From contig JBHLQM010000002.1 of the NCBI GenBank assembly GCA_048884785.1, positions 71,672-135,671 of the forward strand: a stretch of DNA of 64,000 nucleotides. The letters run 5' to 3'. A program made the position numbers and the translations under genes. The notes below the pieces were generated by a model, which saw only the letters and a list, made by a program, of their open reading frames with translations, was not told the DNA's origin and did no database searches. Below, piece after piece: positions 9,882 through 19,489 of this stretch. The DNA comes from Candidatus Thorarchaeota archaeon. Lineage in GTDB: Archaea > Asgardarchaeota > Thorarchaeia > Thorarchaeales > Thorarchaeaceae. Position 1 is the first letter of the stretch. Each line of letters begins with the position of its first letter.

Positions 9882-10919
9882 ATGTCTAAGAATATCGTTA
9901 TCAGCGGGGAAACACTCACTGGCAAAACATTGGTGGCCATTGGATTGGCTGCTTATTTGCGGCAAAAAGGAAAGAAAGTTGGTTATCTGAAGCCAGTCGG
10001 TAGTGCGAATGATGAGGACGCCGCTGTAATGAAGCAGGTATTAGATTTGGATCCTAATTTGGACGTCATTTGCCCAATCGTACAGACCCGTTCAAGCTAC
10101 GACGAATTCATCAGAATTGGACATGATGAGCTTCTGGCTCGCATCAAAAAGGCCTATGATGAAATATCCAAGAGTGTAGATGTTGTTATTATTGAAGGTC
10201 CAAAGGCTCCTTGGTATCTCCTTCATGTTGGTCTTTCAACACCTCATCTTGCGTCCGAATTCAATGCTTCTGTTCTAGGCCTCGTAAACTTCCCGGATGT
10301 CACTGCAATTGACGAAATTCACCATTTGCATAACCTGTTCAAACTGCACGGGATTGATACGATGTATTTTGTTCTAAATATGGTCCCTCCAATACATCGT
10401 AAACTCGTTTCAGAGAAAATTGGCCCATATATTGAAAGCTTGGGACTTGGGTACTTAGGAGCAATCTATCATCGCCGTGAACTCTTTAGTCCAACAGTTC
10501 GAGAGATCAAAAACATACTTGAGGGGGAGATGATTGAAGGACCGGAGAAACTCGATCTTCTCATTGATCAATTTATGGTTGGTAGCATGGCTCCTGAGAA
10601 CGCATTGAAATGGTTCCGACGGGCAAAAGACAAGGCTGTAATTACAAGCGGTGATCGTGCAGATATCTGTCTGGCTGCAATGGAGACTGATACAAATCTC
10701 CTAATCCTCACTGGAGGAATTGGTCCTGATGTTCGTACAGTCGCAAGAGCTAAGGAGCTCGGAATTCCCATAATGATGACTGCGCACGATACGTATACTA
10801 CCGGTCGACTTGTAGACACCCTAATTGGCACAGTATCTCGTGATGATCTTGAAAAGGTTGCAATTATTGAGCAAATCATTTTGGAGGCTCTAGATTTCAG
10901 AGTTCTTGGTATTGCATGA
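9882..10919 (+). CDS. BioD-like/DRTGG protein (phosphotransacetylase N-terminal family)
   Basis: P-loop TGKT, VGYLKPVG, VIIEG, GDRAD...LTGG. Usual neighbour of ACD genes. Confidence 0.88.
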   Translation: MSKNIVISGETLTGKTLVAIGLAAYLRQKGKKVGYLKPVGSANDEDAAVMKQVLDLDPNLDVICPIVQTRSSYDEFIRIGHDELLARIKKAYDEISKSVDVVIIEGPKAPWYLLHVGLSTPHLASEFNASVLGLVNFPDVTAIDEIHHLHNLFKLHGIDTMYFVLNMVPPIHRKLVSEKIGPYIESLGLGYLGAIYHRRELFSPTVREIKNILEGEMIEGPEKLDLLIDQFMVGSMAPENALKWFRRAKDKAVITSGDRADICLAAMETDTNLLILTGGIGPDVRTVARAKELGIPIMMTAHDTYTTGRLVDTLIGTVSRDDLEKVAIIEQIILEALDFRVLGIA

Positions 10920-10930
10920 GAGATGGTGAA

Positions 10931-10948
10931 AAGGAGCTTGAGCTCCTT
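10931..10948 (+). terminator. Inverted repeat after the ACD-DRTGG operon
   Basis: AAGGAGCT-TG-AGCTCCTT, 11 nt after the stop codon. Confidence 0.4.
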
Positions 10949-11181
10949 CTCTAAGAATGAAGCCAGTGTCACAGACTCCGGGAGAGAATGCAGGTGACAC
11001 TATCACATGGATGAAATTCTACCATAAGTCACCTTGTATGTTAGAGCTATTACTCACCTAATACTGCTGTCCCATTTGGACAATACCTAGAACTATTCTA
11101 CCGTAGTGTTCGCCGCAAATCCTTTTCTTCTTTCAAGAAGAGGTACAAGATGAGAAACTAGGTGAGTTTTCTGGTGGTAAT

Positions 11182-11925
11182 ATGGAGAAGAGAGATTCTT
11201 ACTATGAAAAAGGGGTTGCCACATGTATCCTCTGTGGAGAACCCTTGAAGGGATTAGAGAAGGTTCGATACCGGGGGTGGTGGTGCCATGCTGAATGTGC
11301 ACATAAATCACTTGAACAAAATGTGGATAATTTCAAGAAGTGGCCTTTCTGGATTGGGGTCTTGGGTACTCCAAGCGGGGCTTTCCTTGCACTAATGTTG
11401 TTGTCAATGTTCCTAGAATCGCCGCCCCTTCTGAACCCATGGCCAATAGCAATTCCTTTCTTCGGTATGGCCATCGGGCTGGCGTTTCAGAGTGTTGGCT
11501 TTCTCGGATTTTATGTGAGTTATTTGGAAAATAATGGAGTCGTACTATCTGTCTTAGCTGCTACAAGTTCCATATTTCATGCGCTCGTTGGATTTCTCCT
11601 AATTCTGAATGGATATAATCCGGCCTATTATGATCCCATATTAGGAACCTTGAATATTGCATTAATACCGGAATTATCGCTTTCAATCATTGTTGCATAC
11701 GCAACGCTTGCACTAGTCATGCTATTGACAGCCGTTGTTGTAATGATGCTTGAAGGCTCAATTGGAGTGGGTGTATTTAATCGCGCTTTGGCAATTCTCT
11801 TCGTAGGATTGATTGCGATTGTTCCCTTATCTCCAATCAATATCATTGTTGAATTCAGTGCTGTAACAATTCTCTTTCTTTCCGCAGGTCCACCCAAATC
11901 GTGGAAAGAGGTTTCCGTCGAATAA
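11182..11925 (+). CDS. Multi-pass membrane protein with N-terminal CxxC...HxxC zinc finger
   Basis: CILC...CHAEC followed by about 6 hydrophobic segments. Confidence 0.75.
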   Translation: MEKRDSYYEKGVATCILCGEPLKGLEKVRYRGWWCHAECAHKSLEQNVDNFKKWPFWIGVLGTPSGAFLALMLLSMFLESPPLLNPWPIAIPFFGMAIGLAFQSVGFLGFYVSYLENNGVVLSVLAATSSIFHALVGFLLILNGYNPAYYDPILGTLNIALIPELSLSIIVAYATLALVMLLTAVVVMMLEGSIGVGVFNRALAILFVGLIAIVPLSPINIIVEFSAVTILFLSAGPPKSWKEVSVE

Positions 11926-11975
11926 GGCATCGACTGATTCCAACGTGGCGATTTCCAGTAAAGGATTTATGTTGG

Positions 11976-11993
11976 CATCGACACAGGTCGATG
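11976..11993. promoter_or_regulatory. Palindromic operator candidate upstream of the nitroreductase-SCP2-HAD operon
   Basis: CATCGAC-ACAG-GTCGATG just downstream of TTTATG; an extra GGCATCGAC copy lies at 11926-11934. Confidence 0.45.
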
Positions 11994-12021
11994 TAGCGCT
12001 AAAAGTAATAGAGGTGTACAA

Positions 12022-12771
12022 ATGGCATCTGATGCAAAATCATCCGGTAAGGCCGAGGACACTGTGAAATCCGCTCAGGAACTTGAGTCCCTAAAGTGGA
12101 TTCGCGAGAGAAGGTCCATACGGGAGTTTACCGGTGAAAAGATACCCGACGAGCATATTGAGCTGATTCTGGAGGCGGCACGGCATGCGCCAAGCCCAGA
12201 AAACATGCTCATGATGCGATTCATTGTGATTCGCGATGATCAGGAGACAAAGGAGTTTTTGGCAGATATTGCCCAAGAGATGGCACAGACAGCATTTGGT
12301 GGAGCTCCATTTGAGCTCACAAGTGGTCGTAACTGGTTCATTTCTGATCCATACCGGGCAGCAGTCTATGCAAGGCTCAGAGATGGAGAGTTATTCCGAT
12401 ACCCTGAGAAAAGCGATACTGTGATTATTGTATGTGCAAGCGATTCTTGGCATGATGCTGGATATCTGTATCCAAACGAGTTGTTTGGTTCGGTAGTTTG
12501 CGGCATGGCTATAATGAACATGTGGTTAACAGCAACTGAACTTGGCTACGGTTGTGGCTATGAGGCGTTGGTGTGTTCAGATCCTAGGCATGCAGAGCTA
12601 ATCCGTGATAGGCTGGGAATTCCGCCAATTTGGCTACCAATAACTGCCTTCTGTATTGGTCAAAGAGTATCAGCAAGGGCTCTAGGTCCAAGCAGAGCTC
12701 CACTTGAGGGTCTAATGTACGATGAGAGATGGGGCAAACCATACAGACGTTTAGCATTCAGGGAGGAGTGA
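12022..12771 (+). CDS. Nitroreductase-family flavoprotein
   Basis: RRSIREF, ILEAARHAPS, AIMNMWLTATELGYG. Confidence 0.88.
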   Translation: MASDAKSSGKAEDTVKSAQELESLKWIRERRSIREFTGEKIPDEHIELILEAARHAPSPENMLMMRFIVIRDDQETKEFLADIAQEMAQTAFGGAPFELTSGRNWFISDPYRAAVYARLRDGELFRYPEKSDTVIIVCASDSWHDAGYLYPNELFGSVVCGMAIMNMWLTATELGYGCGYEALVCSDPRHAELIRDRLGIPPIWLPITAFCIGQRVSARALGPSRAPLEGLMYDERWGKPYRRLAFREE

Positions 12772-12775
12772 AACA

Positions 12776-13033
12776 ATGGAAGTAGATTTCAAACCAGAAA
12801 CTATGGACAAGATGAAAGAATTAGCTGAGGAAGCCGGACTTTCCATTGAAGGACTTATTATGGTCGTTATGGAGCAGTTCTCCCTTAACAAAGGTGGACG
12901 AGTCTATACTGGCCGTTGGTCTGGTGGCGAGGAGGATGGAGTCAAGGGGTTCCGATATTGTGTCCAGTGGCCATTCCGACCCGGTTTCAAAGAAGCCGTA
13001 GGTGCTGAAGTTAAGAAATGGAGGGCTGATTAA
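12776..13033 (+). CDS. Small protein with RHH-like N-terminus
   Basis: GGAGG/GAGTG RBS; strand-helix-helix pattern MEVDFKPETMDKMKELAEEAGLSIEGLI; embedded in operon. Confidence 0.7.
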   Translation: MEVDFKPETMDKMKELAEEAGLSIEGLIMVVMEQFSLNKGGRVYTGRWSGGEEDGVKGFRYCVQWPFRPGFKEAVGAEVKKWRAD

Positions 13034-13305
13034 TGGCGAAGTTCAGAAAACACCCAACCGGAGCATGGCCATTCTACCCATTCCTGAAAGAAGGGGATAT
13101 TGAACATGAGTATTGGAATTCCAAGAAGATGATTCACATGTCCTTTATCAATGACCGGAAAGGAAGAATTGTCACTCTGATGGAAAATGACAGGTATGAA
13201 GCTTTCATTGCAGAGATCAAGAAACGCAAAGGAAACTTCTGGGCAAGCACAATTGATGCAGTTATGCAAGAAGCAATTGACGATTGGATGAAAAAGGAGG
13301 AATAG
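13033..13305 (+). CDS. Small protein with RHH-like C-terminus
   Basis: Coupled by TAATG overlap; C-terminus IVTLMENDRYEAF...VMQEAIDDWMKK. Confidence 0.7.
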   Translation: MAKFRKHPTGAWPFYPFLKEGDIEHEYWNSKKMIHMSFINDRKGRIVTLMENDRYEAFIAEIKKRKGNFWASTIDAVMQEAIDDWMKKEE

Positions 13306-13307
13306 AA

Positions 13308-13667
13308 ATGAGTCAACTACAAGAGTTCTTCAAGTTTTTCATGCACCAGGTTAATACAAAATCTGATCTCAAGAAGAATCTGGAAACTTGGATTGGACCC
13401 TACCATGGCAAAATTTTGCAGGTTCATACGGAAGAAGGGGATCAATATCTAGTGGTCAAAAAGACTGGAATGTCATTGCATGACGGTGTCTACCCCAGTC
13501 CAGATGTTATCTACAAGTCTAACTCAGCCACACTCCTTGGAATATTCACTGGCGAAATTCCATTCAAGGATACCATGAAGGATGGCAGTTTAGAAGTAAT
13601 CGGAGCCGCCCATGAGAGCGACGCTCTTGCAAATCTAATACTAGTTGCAATGATGGGTGCAATGTAG
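13308..13667 (+). CDS. SCP2 sterol/lipid-binding domain protein
   Basis: PDVIYKSNSATLLGIFTGE...MKDGSLEVIG matches the SCP2 pattern; GGAGG RBS before ATG 13308. Confidence 0.75.
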   Translation: MSQLQEFFKFFMHQVNTKSDLKKNLETWIGPYHGKILQVHTEEGDQYLVVKKTGMSLHDGVYPSPDVIYKSNSATLLGIFTGEIPFKDTMKDGSLEVIGAAHESDALANLILVAMMGAM

Positions 13668-13678
13668 GAGGGCTTAGA

Positions 13679-14803
13679 GTGGAGATAAACAAGATTGCAG
13701 TCATCGGAGCTGGCCTAATGGGTGCCGGAATCGCCTATGTATCTGCAGGGAAAGGATACCATGTTACAATGGTAGACATCACGGAAGCAGCCGTTGACGC
13801 CGGGATGGAGAGAATAAGGAACGACGTGATGACTGGAGTAGATAAAGGCAAGCTCTCACTTAATGATGCACAGAGTCTCATGGGGAACTTGAGAACAACC
13901 ACTTCGAATGCTGAAGCCTGCAAAGATGCCGATCTGGTCATCGAGGCAATCTTTGAGAATATGGAGGTCAAGAAGAAGGTGTTTGCAGAACTGGACAAGG
14001 CAGCCCCGCCTCATGCCATTCTGGCGAGCAACACTTCAACACTAAGCATTGACGAGATTGCATCTGCAACAGGTCGTCCTGAGAAAGTTGTGGGTATGCA
14101 CTACTTCTCTCCGGTTGCAGCTATGAAGCTACTTGAAATCGTTGTTGGCGAAAAAACCAACAATGATACGGTTGCAGCAGCAGTTGCCGTCGGACAGAAA
14201 CAGGGAAAGACTACAGTAAAGGCGAAGAATAGTCCTGGATTCATCGTCAATAGAATTCTCATACCTGCCATGAGAGAAGCAGTACTCCTCTATGAGGGCG
14301 GAGCTGCCACGAAAGAGGAGATAGATAATGCCATGACAACCATTGCCAAGTATCCCGCAGGTCCATTTGCACTTGGTGATTTTGTTGGACTGGATATCGC
14401 GTACAATAGTGCAAGCACACTCGAACGGGAACTTGGTGACTGCTTTAATGTTCCTGCAACTCTCAAGAAGCTAGTTGAATCAGGAGCACTTGGCACAAAG
14501 ACCAAGAGAGGGTTCTATAGCTATGGTGGAGAACGAGATGAACCTGAACCTCCCAAAGGTGCAGATCCTCAGTGGATAGTTACTCAGCTTATGATGCCAA
14601 CCCTTAGGACAGCTATGATTCTAGTCGATGAGGGAATTGCTGAGGAGAAGGATATTGATCTTGCGATGAAACTAGGCGCATCATACCCGGAGGGACCGTT
14701 TGAAACACTCCACAGGATTGGCCGTGACAAGGTCAAAGCTGCGCTTGAGAAGTTGTATGAAGAGCGCGGCGAGTGTTATTCTGTCCCTAAGTACATAGGA
14801 TAA
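13679..14803 (+). CDS. 3-hydroxyacyl-CoA dehydrogenase with duplicated C-terminal domain
   Basis: GAGLMGAGIA, DLVIEA, ASNTS, GMHYF, PGFIVNR; two 'ID.AM...YP.GPF' repeats. Confidence 0.93.
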   Translation: MEINKIAVIGAGLMGAGIAYVSAGKGYHVTMVDITEAAVDAGMERIRNDVMTGVDKGKLSLNDAQSLMGNLRTTTSNAEACKDADLVIEAIFENMEVKKKVFAELDKAAPPHAILASNTSTLSIDEIASATGRPEKVVGMHYFSPVAAMKLLEIVVGEKTNNDTVAAAVAVGQKQGKTTVKAKNSPGFIVNRILIPAMREAVLLYEGGAATKEEIDNAMTTIAKYPAGPFALGDFVGLDIAYNSASTLERELGDCFNVPATLKKLVESGALGTKTKRGFYSYGGERDEPEPPKGADPQWIVTQLMMPTLRTAMILVDEGIAEEKDIDLAMKLGASYPEGPFETLHRIGRDKVKAALEKLYEERGECYSVPKYIG

Positions 14804-14812
14804 GAGAAAACT

Positions 14813-14850
14813 GGCAAGGAAACCTCCTTGCCTTCCCCTTTCTTTTTCTT
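14813..14850 (+). terminator. Hairpin plus pyrimidine tract
   Basis: GGCAAGGA-AACC-TCCTTGCC followed by TTCCCCTTTCTTTTTCTT. Confidence 0.7.
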
Positions 14851-14941
14851 CACATCAAGTCGAAGAGAGAATCGACATTCTGTTATGGTCTGGATTTATT
14901 AGGTGCATGTATCTCTCTCCTTGGTAGAATCTTCATAGAAG

Positions 14942-15763
14942 GTGATTAAAATTCCAGAGTATGCTACCATGCTTTATTCAAAGGAGGGCTCGTTTCTCTC
15001 TCCTGTGAAAAATGTCGCTGTCATAAAGATGAATCGAGTGGACGCCATGAACAGCATCAATGACCAATTTCTCAATGATCTTGTTGCTGCTCTGCAGGAG
15101 GCTGAAAGAGATCCTGACGTTCGTTCGATTGTTATAGCTTCTGCACATGATAAGGTATACTCGACTGGAGCTGACCTAAAGACAGCTCAAGGTTTTCTTG
15201 GAAAACCAGACGAGGTTAAACCCTTACTTGAAGAAGGCCAGCGAGCTATTGATACAATTGCTAGGCTAAGCAAGCCGGTAATTGCTGCGATTAATGGGCT
15301 ATGTCTCGGAGGCGGTACAGAGATAGCACTTGCTGCAGATATTCGTATTTGTGAAACTGAAGCAAAGATCGGAACACCTGAAGTTAGTCTTGGACTAATA
15401 CCTGCTTGGGGAGGTTGCACACGTCTTCCAAGAATTGTTGGTCTTGGCAAGGCGATGGAAATAATCCTTACAGGCGGCGCAATAACCGCGGAGGAAGCTC
15501 TGGCGATAGGTCTTGTCAGTAAAGTAGTAAACAAAGACGAGCTGCTGAGTCAGGCAATGTGGTATGGTGCAAAGCTTGGTGGGAACGCCCCAGTTGCTCT
15601 GAAATGGGCGAAAGAAGCTACACACAAAGCTTTCGAAGAATCATACGACAAGAATCACGAATTTCAGACTGAGGCTGGTGTTGCACTTTTCAATACCAAA
15701 GACCTTGGAGAGGGAATAGCTTCCGTTTTTGAAAAACGACGCGGAAAATTCACAGGTCAGTAG
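14942..15763 (+). CDS. Enoyl-CoA hydratase/isomerase (crotonase) family
   Basis: STGADL, AAINGLCLGGGTE, GTPEVSLGLIPAWGG. Confidence 0.92.
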   Translation: MIKIPEYATMLYSKEGSFLSPVKNVAVIKMNRVDAMNSINDQFLNDLVAALQEAERDPDVRSIVIASAHDKVYSTGADLKTAQGFLGKPDEVKPLLEEGQRAIDTIARLSKPVIAAINGLCLGGGTEIALAADIRICETEAKIGTPEVSLGLIPAWGGCTRLPRIVGLGKAMEIILTGGAITAEEALAIGLVSKVVNKDELLSQAMWYGAKLGGNAPVALKWAKEATHKAFEESYDKNHEFQTEAGVALFNTKDLGEGIASVFEKRRGKFTGQ

Positions 15764-15770
15764 ACTCTTG

Positions 15771-15797
15771 TGTAGGTTGGGGGCAACCCCACCTACA
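15771..15797. terminator. Hairpin with GCAA tetraloop between convergent genes
   Basis: TGTAGGT(T)GGGG-GCAA-CCCCACCTACA. Confidence 0.6.
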
Positions 15798-15799
15798 TA

Positions 15800-16741
15800 C
15801 TATTTTTGCTCTGATTTTCTCCAAATATACATTGAATAATGCCTGACATCCTCATATCCAAGGGATTCGTATAGTTGCTTTGCTACATTCTTCTTGGTAA
15901 CATCAAGATTGATTCTCTCGAGTGCCTGTTCCTTTTCCATCATTTTCTTCATGGAATATATGAGTAGAGCTCTGCCCAACCCCATCCTGCGAAGCTCTTT
16001 TGAAATGCAAATATCAGGTATGTACCCTGTATCATCAGTAGTCATTGTTAGGAAGCAAACGCCTGCAGGTGATTCATTATGCATCAATACTTGGGATAGT
16101 AGTGGCTTATAGACTCCGTATCTATTTTGTTCAATCCTCTCAATGAGAGCCAGGACATTACTAAAGCTTCCAAAGAAATCTGGGAAGACTTCAACATCGA
16201 TATTTCCTATGTTTGAATAGAAAACCAAATCCGCGATTGCATCCCTCATGCTCTCCTCGTAAACTTGAAAATAATAGCCATCAGGGAGAATTGGAGACTT
16301 CAGCTCATCTATTCTGTCACGTGTAAGAGTCATATGCTTTCGGTCATATTTCTTGAATCCCTTTTCCTCGAAATACCCTCCAAGTGTATCACTGACAGCC
16401 CCGCCACTGGAGCCACTAAACTTAACGATAGAAGATGAATGTGATAGATATTCAAATCCATGTTCAAAGAGCATTCGTTCCTCGTAGATGATATCATCAG
16501 CCATTTCATCAACAAACAGTGCATTGATAGTAGAGGATTGGTTGCCCAGAGCTATAAATCCAATAGGTTTGCCATTTTCATATTTCGCAAAGACCTTCAG
16601 GTTATTTGATACAATTGCTGATTTGATACGTTCTGTGAATGAGGATGATGATTGAAAGAAACCTATTTCTCTGCTCTTCTGAAATGAATCTATGAGGAAC
16701 TCAAATTCGCCAAACGTGTCTATGGTAACTTCGCGAATCAT
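15800..16741 (-). CDS. Tandem GNAT N-acetyltransferase
   Basis: C-terminal RRMGLGRALL...LDVTKKNVAKQLYESLGY; degenerate N-terminal GNAT half. Confidence 0.85.
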   Translation of the reverse strand: MIREVTIDTFGEFEFLIDSFQKSREIGFFQSSSSFTERIKSAIVSNNLKVFAKYENGKPIGFIALGNQSSTINALFVDEMADDIIYEERMLFEHGFEYLSHSSSIVKFSGSSGGAVSDTLGGYFEEKGFKKYDRKHMTLTRDRIDELKSPILPDGYYFQVYEESMRDAIADLVFYSNIGNIDVEVFPDFFGSFSNVLALIERIEQNRYGVYKPLLSQVLMHNESPAGVCFLTMTTDDTGYIPDICISKELRRMGLGRALLIYSMKKMMEKEQALERINLDVTKKNVAKQLYESLGYEDVRHYSMYIWRKSEQK

Positions 16742-16962
16742 GAATCTTTATTGACATATTAGTATCAAAGCAGTTGAGTTTGACGCAATTGTTTCATCAA
16801 AGCCAAGTTTGATATACATTAGGGGCAAGATTATGACGAATTCAACTTCGTTGACCTTCAATCCGTCAACCTTAAGATGTGCTTCTCAGATGATTCTTAT
16901 CGAATGTTGAAGTTTGAGAATCTTCTTCAATGAAACAGAAGGTTCCTCACGGAGGAAAAGAA

Positions 16963-18132
16963 ATGGCGAGAAAAGTCGCTGTTGTGGCTGGAGGCCACAG
17001 CAAGTTCGGAAAGCGGAAAGATGCCACGATGAGAGAGCTGTGTGCTGAAGCATACAAGCCTATCTACGATGAAGGCATCACACAAGACAAGATCGATGCC
17101 AGTGTCCTATCATATGCTGCTTCGCAGTTTACTGGGCAAGGCGCAGGTTCAGCCCTGATAGCGGACTATATCGGTATTCAGGACAAGCCACATCTTAGAG
17201 TGGAATCTGCGTGCACAACAGGAACTGCCTCACTTAGGGCTGCATGGGGAATGGTTGCTTCTGGTTTGTATGATGTCATGTTGGTGCTGGGAGTCGAACA
17301 GATGAATAGAGTGTCATCAGCTACCGCTACAGAGTATATGTCTCAAGCAGGTGATATGCGGTGGGAATATCCTTACGGAATTTCATTCCCAGCTTTTTAT
17401 GCGCTCATGGCTTCAAGATATATGCATGAATATGGAATGACACATGATACACTTGCGAAGATTGCTGTTAAATCACATCACTACGGAGCACAAAATCCCA
17501 AGGCGCATTTACCAAAAGAGGTTTCATTTGAAGAGGCAAATAATGCAATTCCTATCTGTAGACCTCTCAACCTCTATGACTGTAGTCTAATTACAGATGG
17601 AGCAGCTGCTGTTGTGATTGCGGCTGAGGATAGAGTCAAAGAGTTCACTGACAGACCTATGTGGATCAAAGGAATCGGTGCAGGTGCTTCAGAGATGATG
17701 ATTCAAGATAGGACAAGTTTAACTTCGATTCCAGGTGCAAAGAGGGCAGCAAAGGCAGCATACGAAATGGCTGGATTGAAACCTGAAGATATCAATATGG
17801 CGCAGGTTCATGATTGCTTCACTATCGCTGAATTAATTGCGTATGAAGACTTGGGATTTGTAGAGCCCGGAAAAGGTCCCGAATTTGTCGAAAACAAGGA
17901 GAACTACCACACAGGACGAATGCCCGTTAACTGTGATGGAGGTCTCAAGAGCAAGGGTCATCCATTGGGTGCAACAGGTGTGTCAATGACCTATGAGATT
18001 CTGAAACAGATGCGAGGTGAGGCTCAGAACCCATCTCGGCAAATCAAGGATGTAAAATATGGACTTGCGCACAATGTTGGGCAATCTGGGCAATTTGTTA
18101 ATATCTTCATTTTCGAAAGAGGGTGGTCATAA
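16963..18132 (+). CDS. Archaeal-type thiolase (acetyl-CoA C-acyltransferase)
   Basis: VESACTTG, DCSLITDGAAA, QVHDCF, KGHPLGATG; GGAGG RBS before ATG 16963. Confidence 0.93.
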   Translation: MARKVAVVAGGHSKFGKRKDATMRELCAEAYKPIYDEGITQDKIDASVLSYAASQFTGQGAGSALIADYIGIQDKPHLRVESACTTGTASLRAAWGMVASGLYDVMLVLGVEQMNRVSSATATEYMSQAGDMRWEYPYGISFPAFYALMASRYMHEYGMTHDTLAKIAVKSHHYGAQNPKAHLPKEVSFEEANNAIPICRPLNLYDCSLITDGAAAVVIAAEDRVKEFTDRPMWIKGIGAGASEMMIQDRTSLTSIPGAKRAAKAAYEMAGLKPEDINMAQVHDCFTIAELIAYEDLGFVEPGKGPEFVENKENYHTGRMPVNCDGGLKSKGHPLGATGVSMTYEILKQMRGEAQNPSRQIKDVKYGLAHNVGQSGQFVNIFIFERGWS

Positions 18133-18549
18133 ATGGCAGAACAGAAAGAACTCTATCTTGGATACGCCACTGACAAGGCTGTAACACCTTTTATGCAGAA
18201 ATTCCTTGAAGCTTTGGATAATGAAAATCTAATGATGAGTAAATGTACATCATGTGGCACTGAGTTTCTTCCCCCGCGGCAGCATTGTCAGAAGTGCTTG
18301 AGTGAATGTGAGCTCAAGCCCTTTACAGAAAAAGAAGCAAAGCTTAGATCATATGTTGTAGTTGACTTCGCACCAGAGAGTCTCTCTGCAAGAGCGCCAT
18401 ATGTTGTTGCAATTGGTGAGTTTCCGTCAGGCAAGAGACTAACCGCTCATATCACAAATCTCATGAGCATGCCCGAAGTTGGGATGACTCTCAAGTTGGG
18501 CTTCGAGAAAGTTGACGACAAGAAAATAACATACAAGTGGCTCAGTTAG
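18133..18549 (+). CDS. DUF35 Zn-ribbon/OB-fold thiolase partner
   Basis: CTSCG...PPRQHCQKC followed by OB-fold; immediately after thiolase. Confidence 0.92.
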   Translation: MAEQKELYLGYATDKAVTPFMQKFLEALDNENLMMSKCTSCGTEFLPPRQHCQKCLSECELKPFTEKEAKLRSYVVVDFAPESLSARAPYVVAIGEFPSGKRLTAHITNLMSMPEVGMTLKLGFEKVDDKKITYKWLS

Positions 18550-19006
18550 CAGCTCTGAGGGCAGATTTGCCCTCAGCCTCCTTTTCTTTTGATTTATTGG
18601 ACATTGCAGAGTACTCCAACACAGTCGCCATTTTGGATGTTCTCGCAACTGACTTCAGGGTTGAAAGGTAAATTCTTGAGGGCTCTATACAATCGCTGTC
18701 TTCAAGCTCATGGACAGCTTCGTCTATGATTTCAACGGCATCTTGTATCCTTTTCTTTCCATCATTTCTGCGATATCCTGAAAATACAATATAGTCCGGC
18801 ACAGGATTCCTGATTGCCTTTAGGAGCAAATTCTCCTCTGTCACAGTTGTCTTCATTTCATAGGAGCTCACTAAGGAGTTTCTCATGGCAAGAAGAGATT
18901 CCACTAGTACACTATTTTTATCAGACCGCTGCAAATACACTCTCTCTCCGATTGACCTCGGCGTGTGTGTGGTGGAAGAGCAAACGACTAGATAAATATG
19001 TATCAT
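18542..19006 (-). CDS. Hypothetical helical protein (paralog of next gene); start uncertain
   Basis: Shares ESLLA.R.SL.SSYE and DY.VFS.YRRN.G..R..D..E.ID.A with 19028..19360. Confidence 0.65.
   Translation of the reverse strand: MIHIYLVVCSSTTHTPRSIGERVYLQRSDKNSVLVESLLAMRNSLVSSYEMKTTVTEENLLLKAIRNPVPDYIVFSGYRRNDGKKRIQDAVEIIDEAVHELEDSDCIEPSRIYLSTLKSVARTSKMATVLEYSAMSNKSKEKEAEGKSALRAAN
18555..18590 (+). terminator. Hairpin plus T tract ending the thiolase-DUF35 operon
   Basis: CTGAGGGCA-GATT-TGCCCTCAG then CCTCCTTTTCTTTT. Confidence 0.6.
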
Positions 19007-19027
19007 GAAATCTGATAATTCTTATTT

Positions 19028-19360
19028 CTAAGCAGATGCCTCAAGAATTCGCGCCCATTGCTTTACCATTGATACCGATTTCATTGTTTTTGCATAGATT
19101 TCTGATGGCGACGGGTCTTCTCCTTCGTCAAGTAGCAGCAATGCATAGTCAATGACTTCTAGTACATCGCGAAGTCGTCGTATTCCTTCGTTTCTTCTAT
19201 AATCCGAAAACACGAAGTAATCTGTCTTCTTCTCAGACCAAGCTTCAACAAATAGGGCTTCTTCTAGAAGAGCACTGCCAAATTCATATGAGCTCTCCAA
19301 GGATTGTCTTAGTGCCAGAAGAGACTCTCTACAGACCTCTCTTAGCATTCCTCCGCTCAT
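19028..19360 (-). CDS. Hypothetical helical protein (YRRNxG motif paralog)
   Basis: 110-aa ORF, clearly homologous to its neighbour. Confidence 0.7.
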   Translation of the reverse strand: MSGGMLREVCRESLLALRQSLESSYEFGSALLEEALFVEAWSEKKTDYFVFSDYRRNEGIRRLRDVLEVIDYALLLLDEGEDPSPSEIYAKTMKSVSMVKQWARILEASA

Positions 19361-19489
19361 TATCCATCCCTACCTAGGCTAGCCAATTAGTTGGCCAATC
19401 ACGTAATGCTATCGTACTTAAAAGCCATTGCTAAGAATGCTTAATTAGGGGCCTTAATGGAGGTAGGGTGTATTCAGGAGGAATATGTT

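Noticed and set aside
10950-11100. Possible sRNA or mini-ORF (AGTGTCAC...GTGACACT inverted repeat; 18-codon minus-strand ORF)
   Set aside because: No recognisable RNA family motifs and too short to support.
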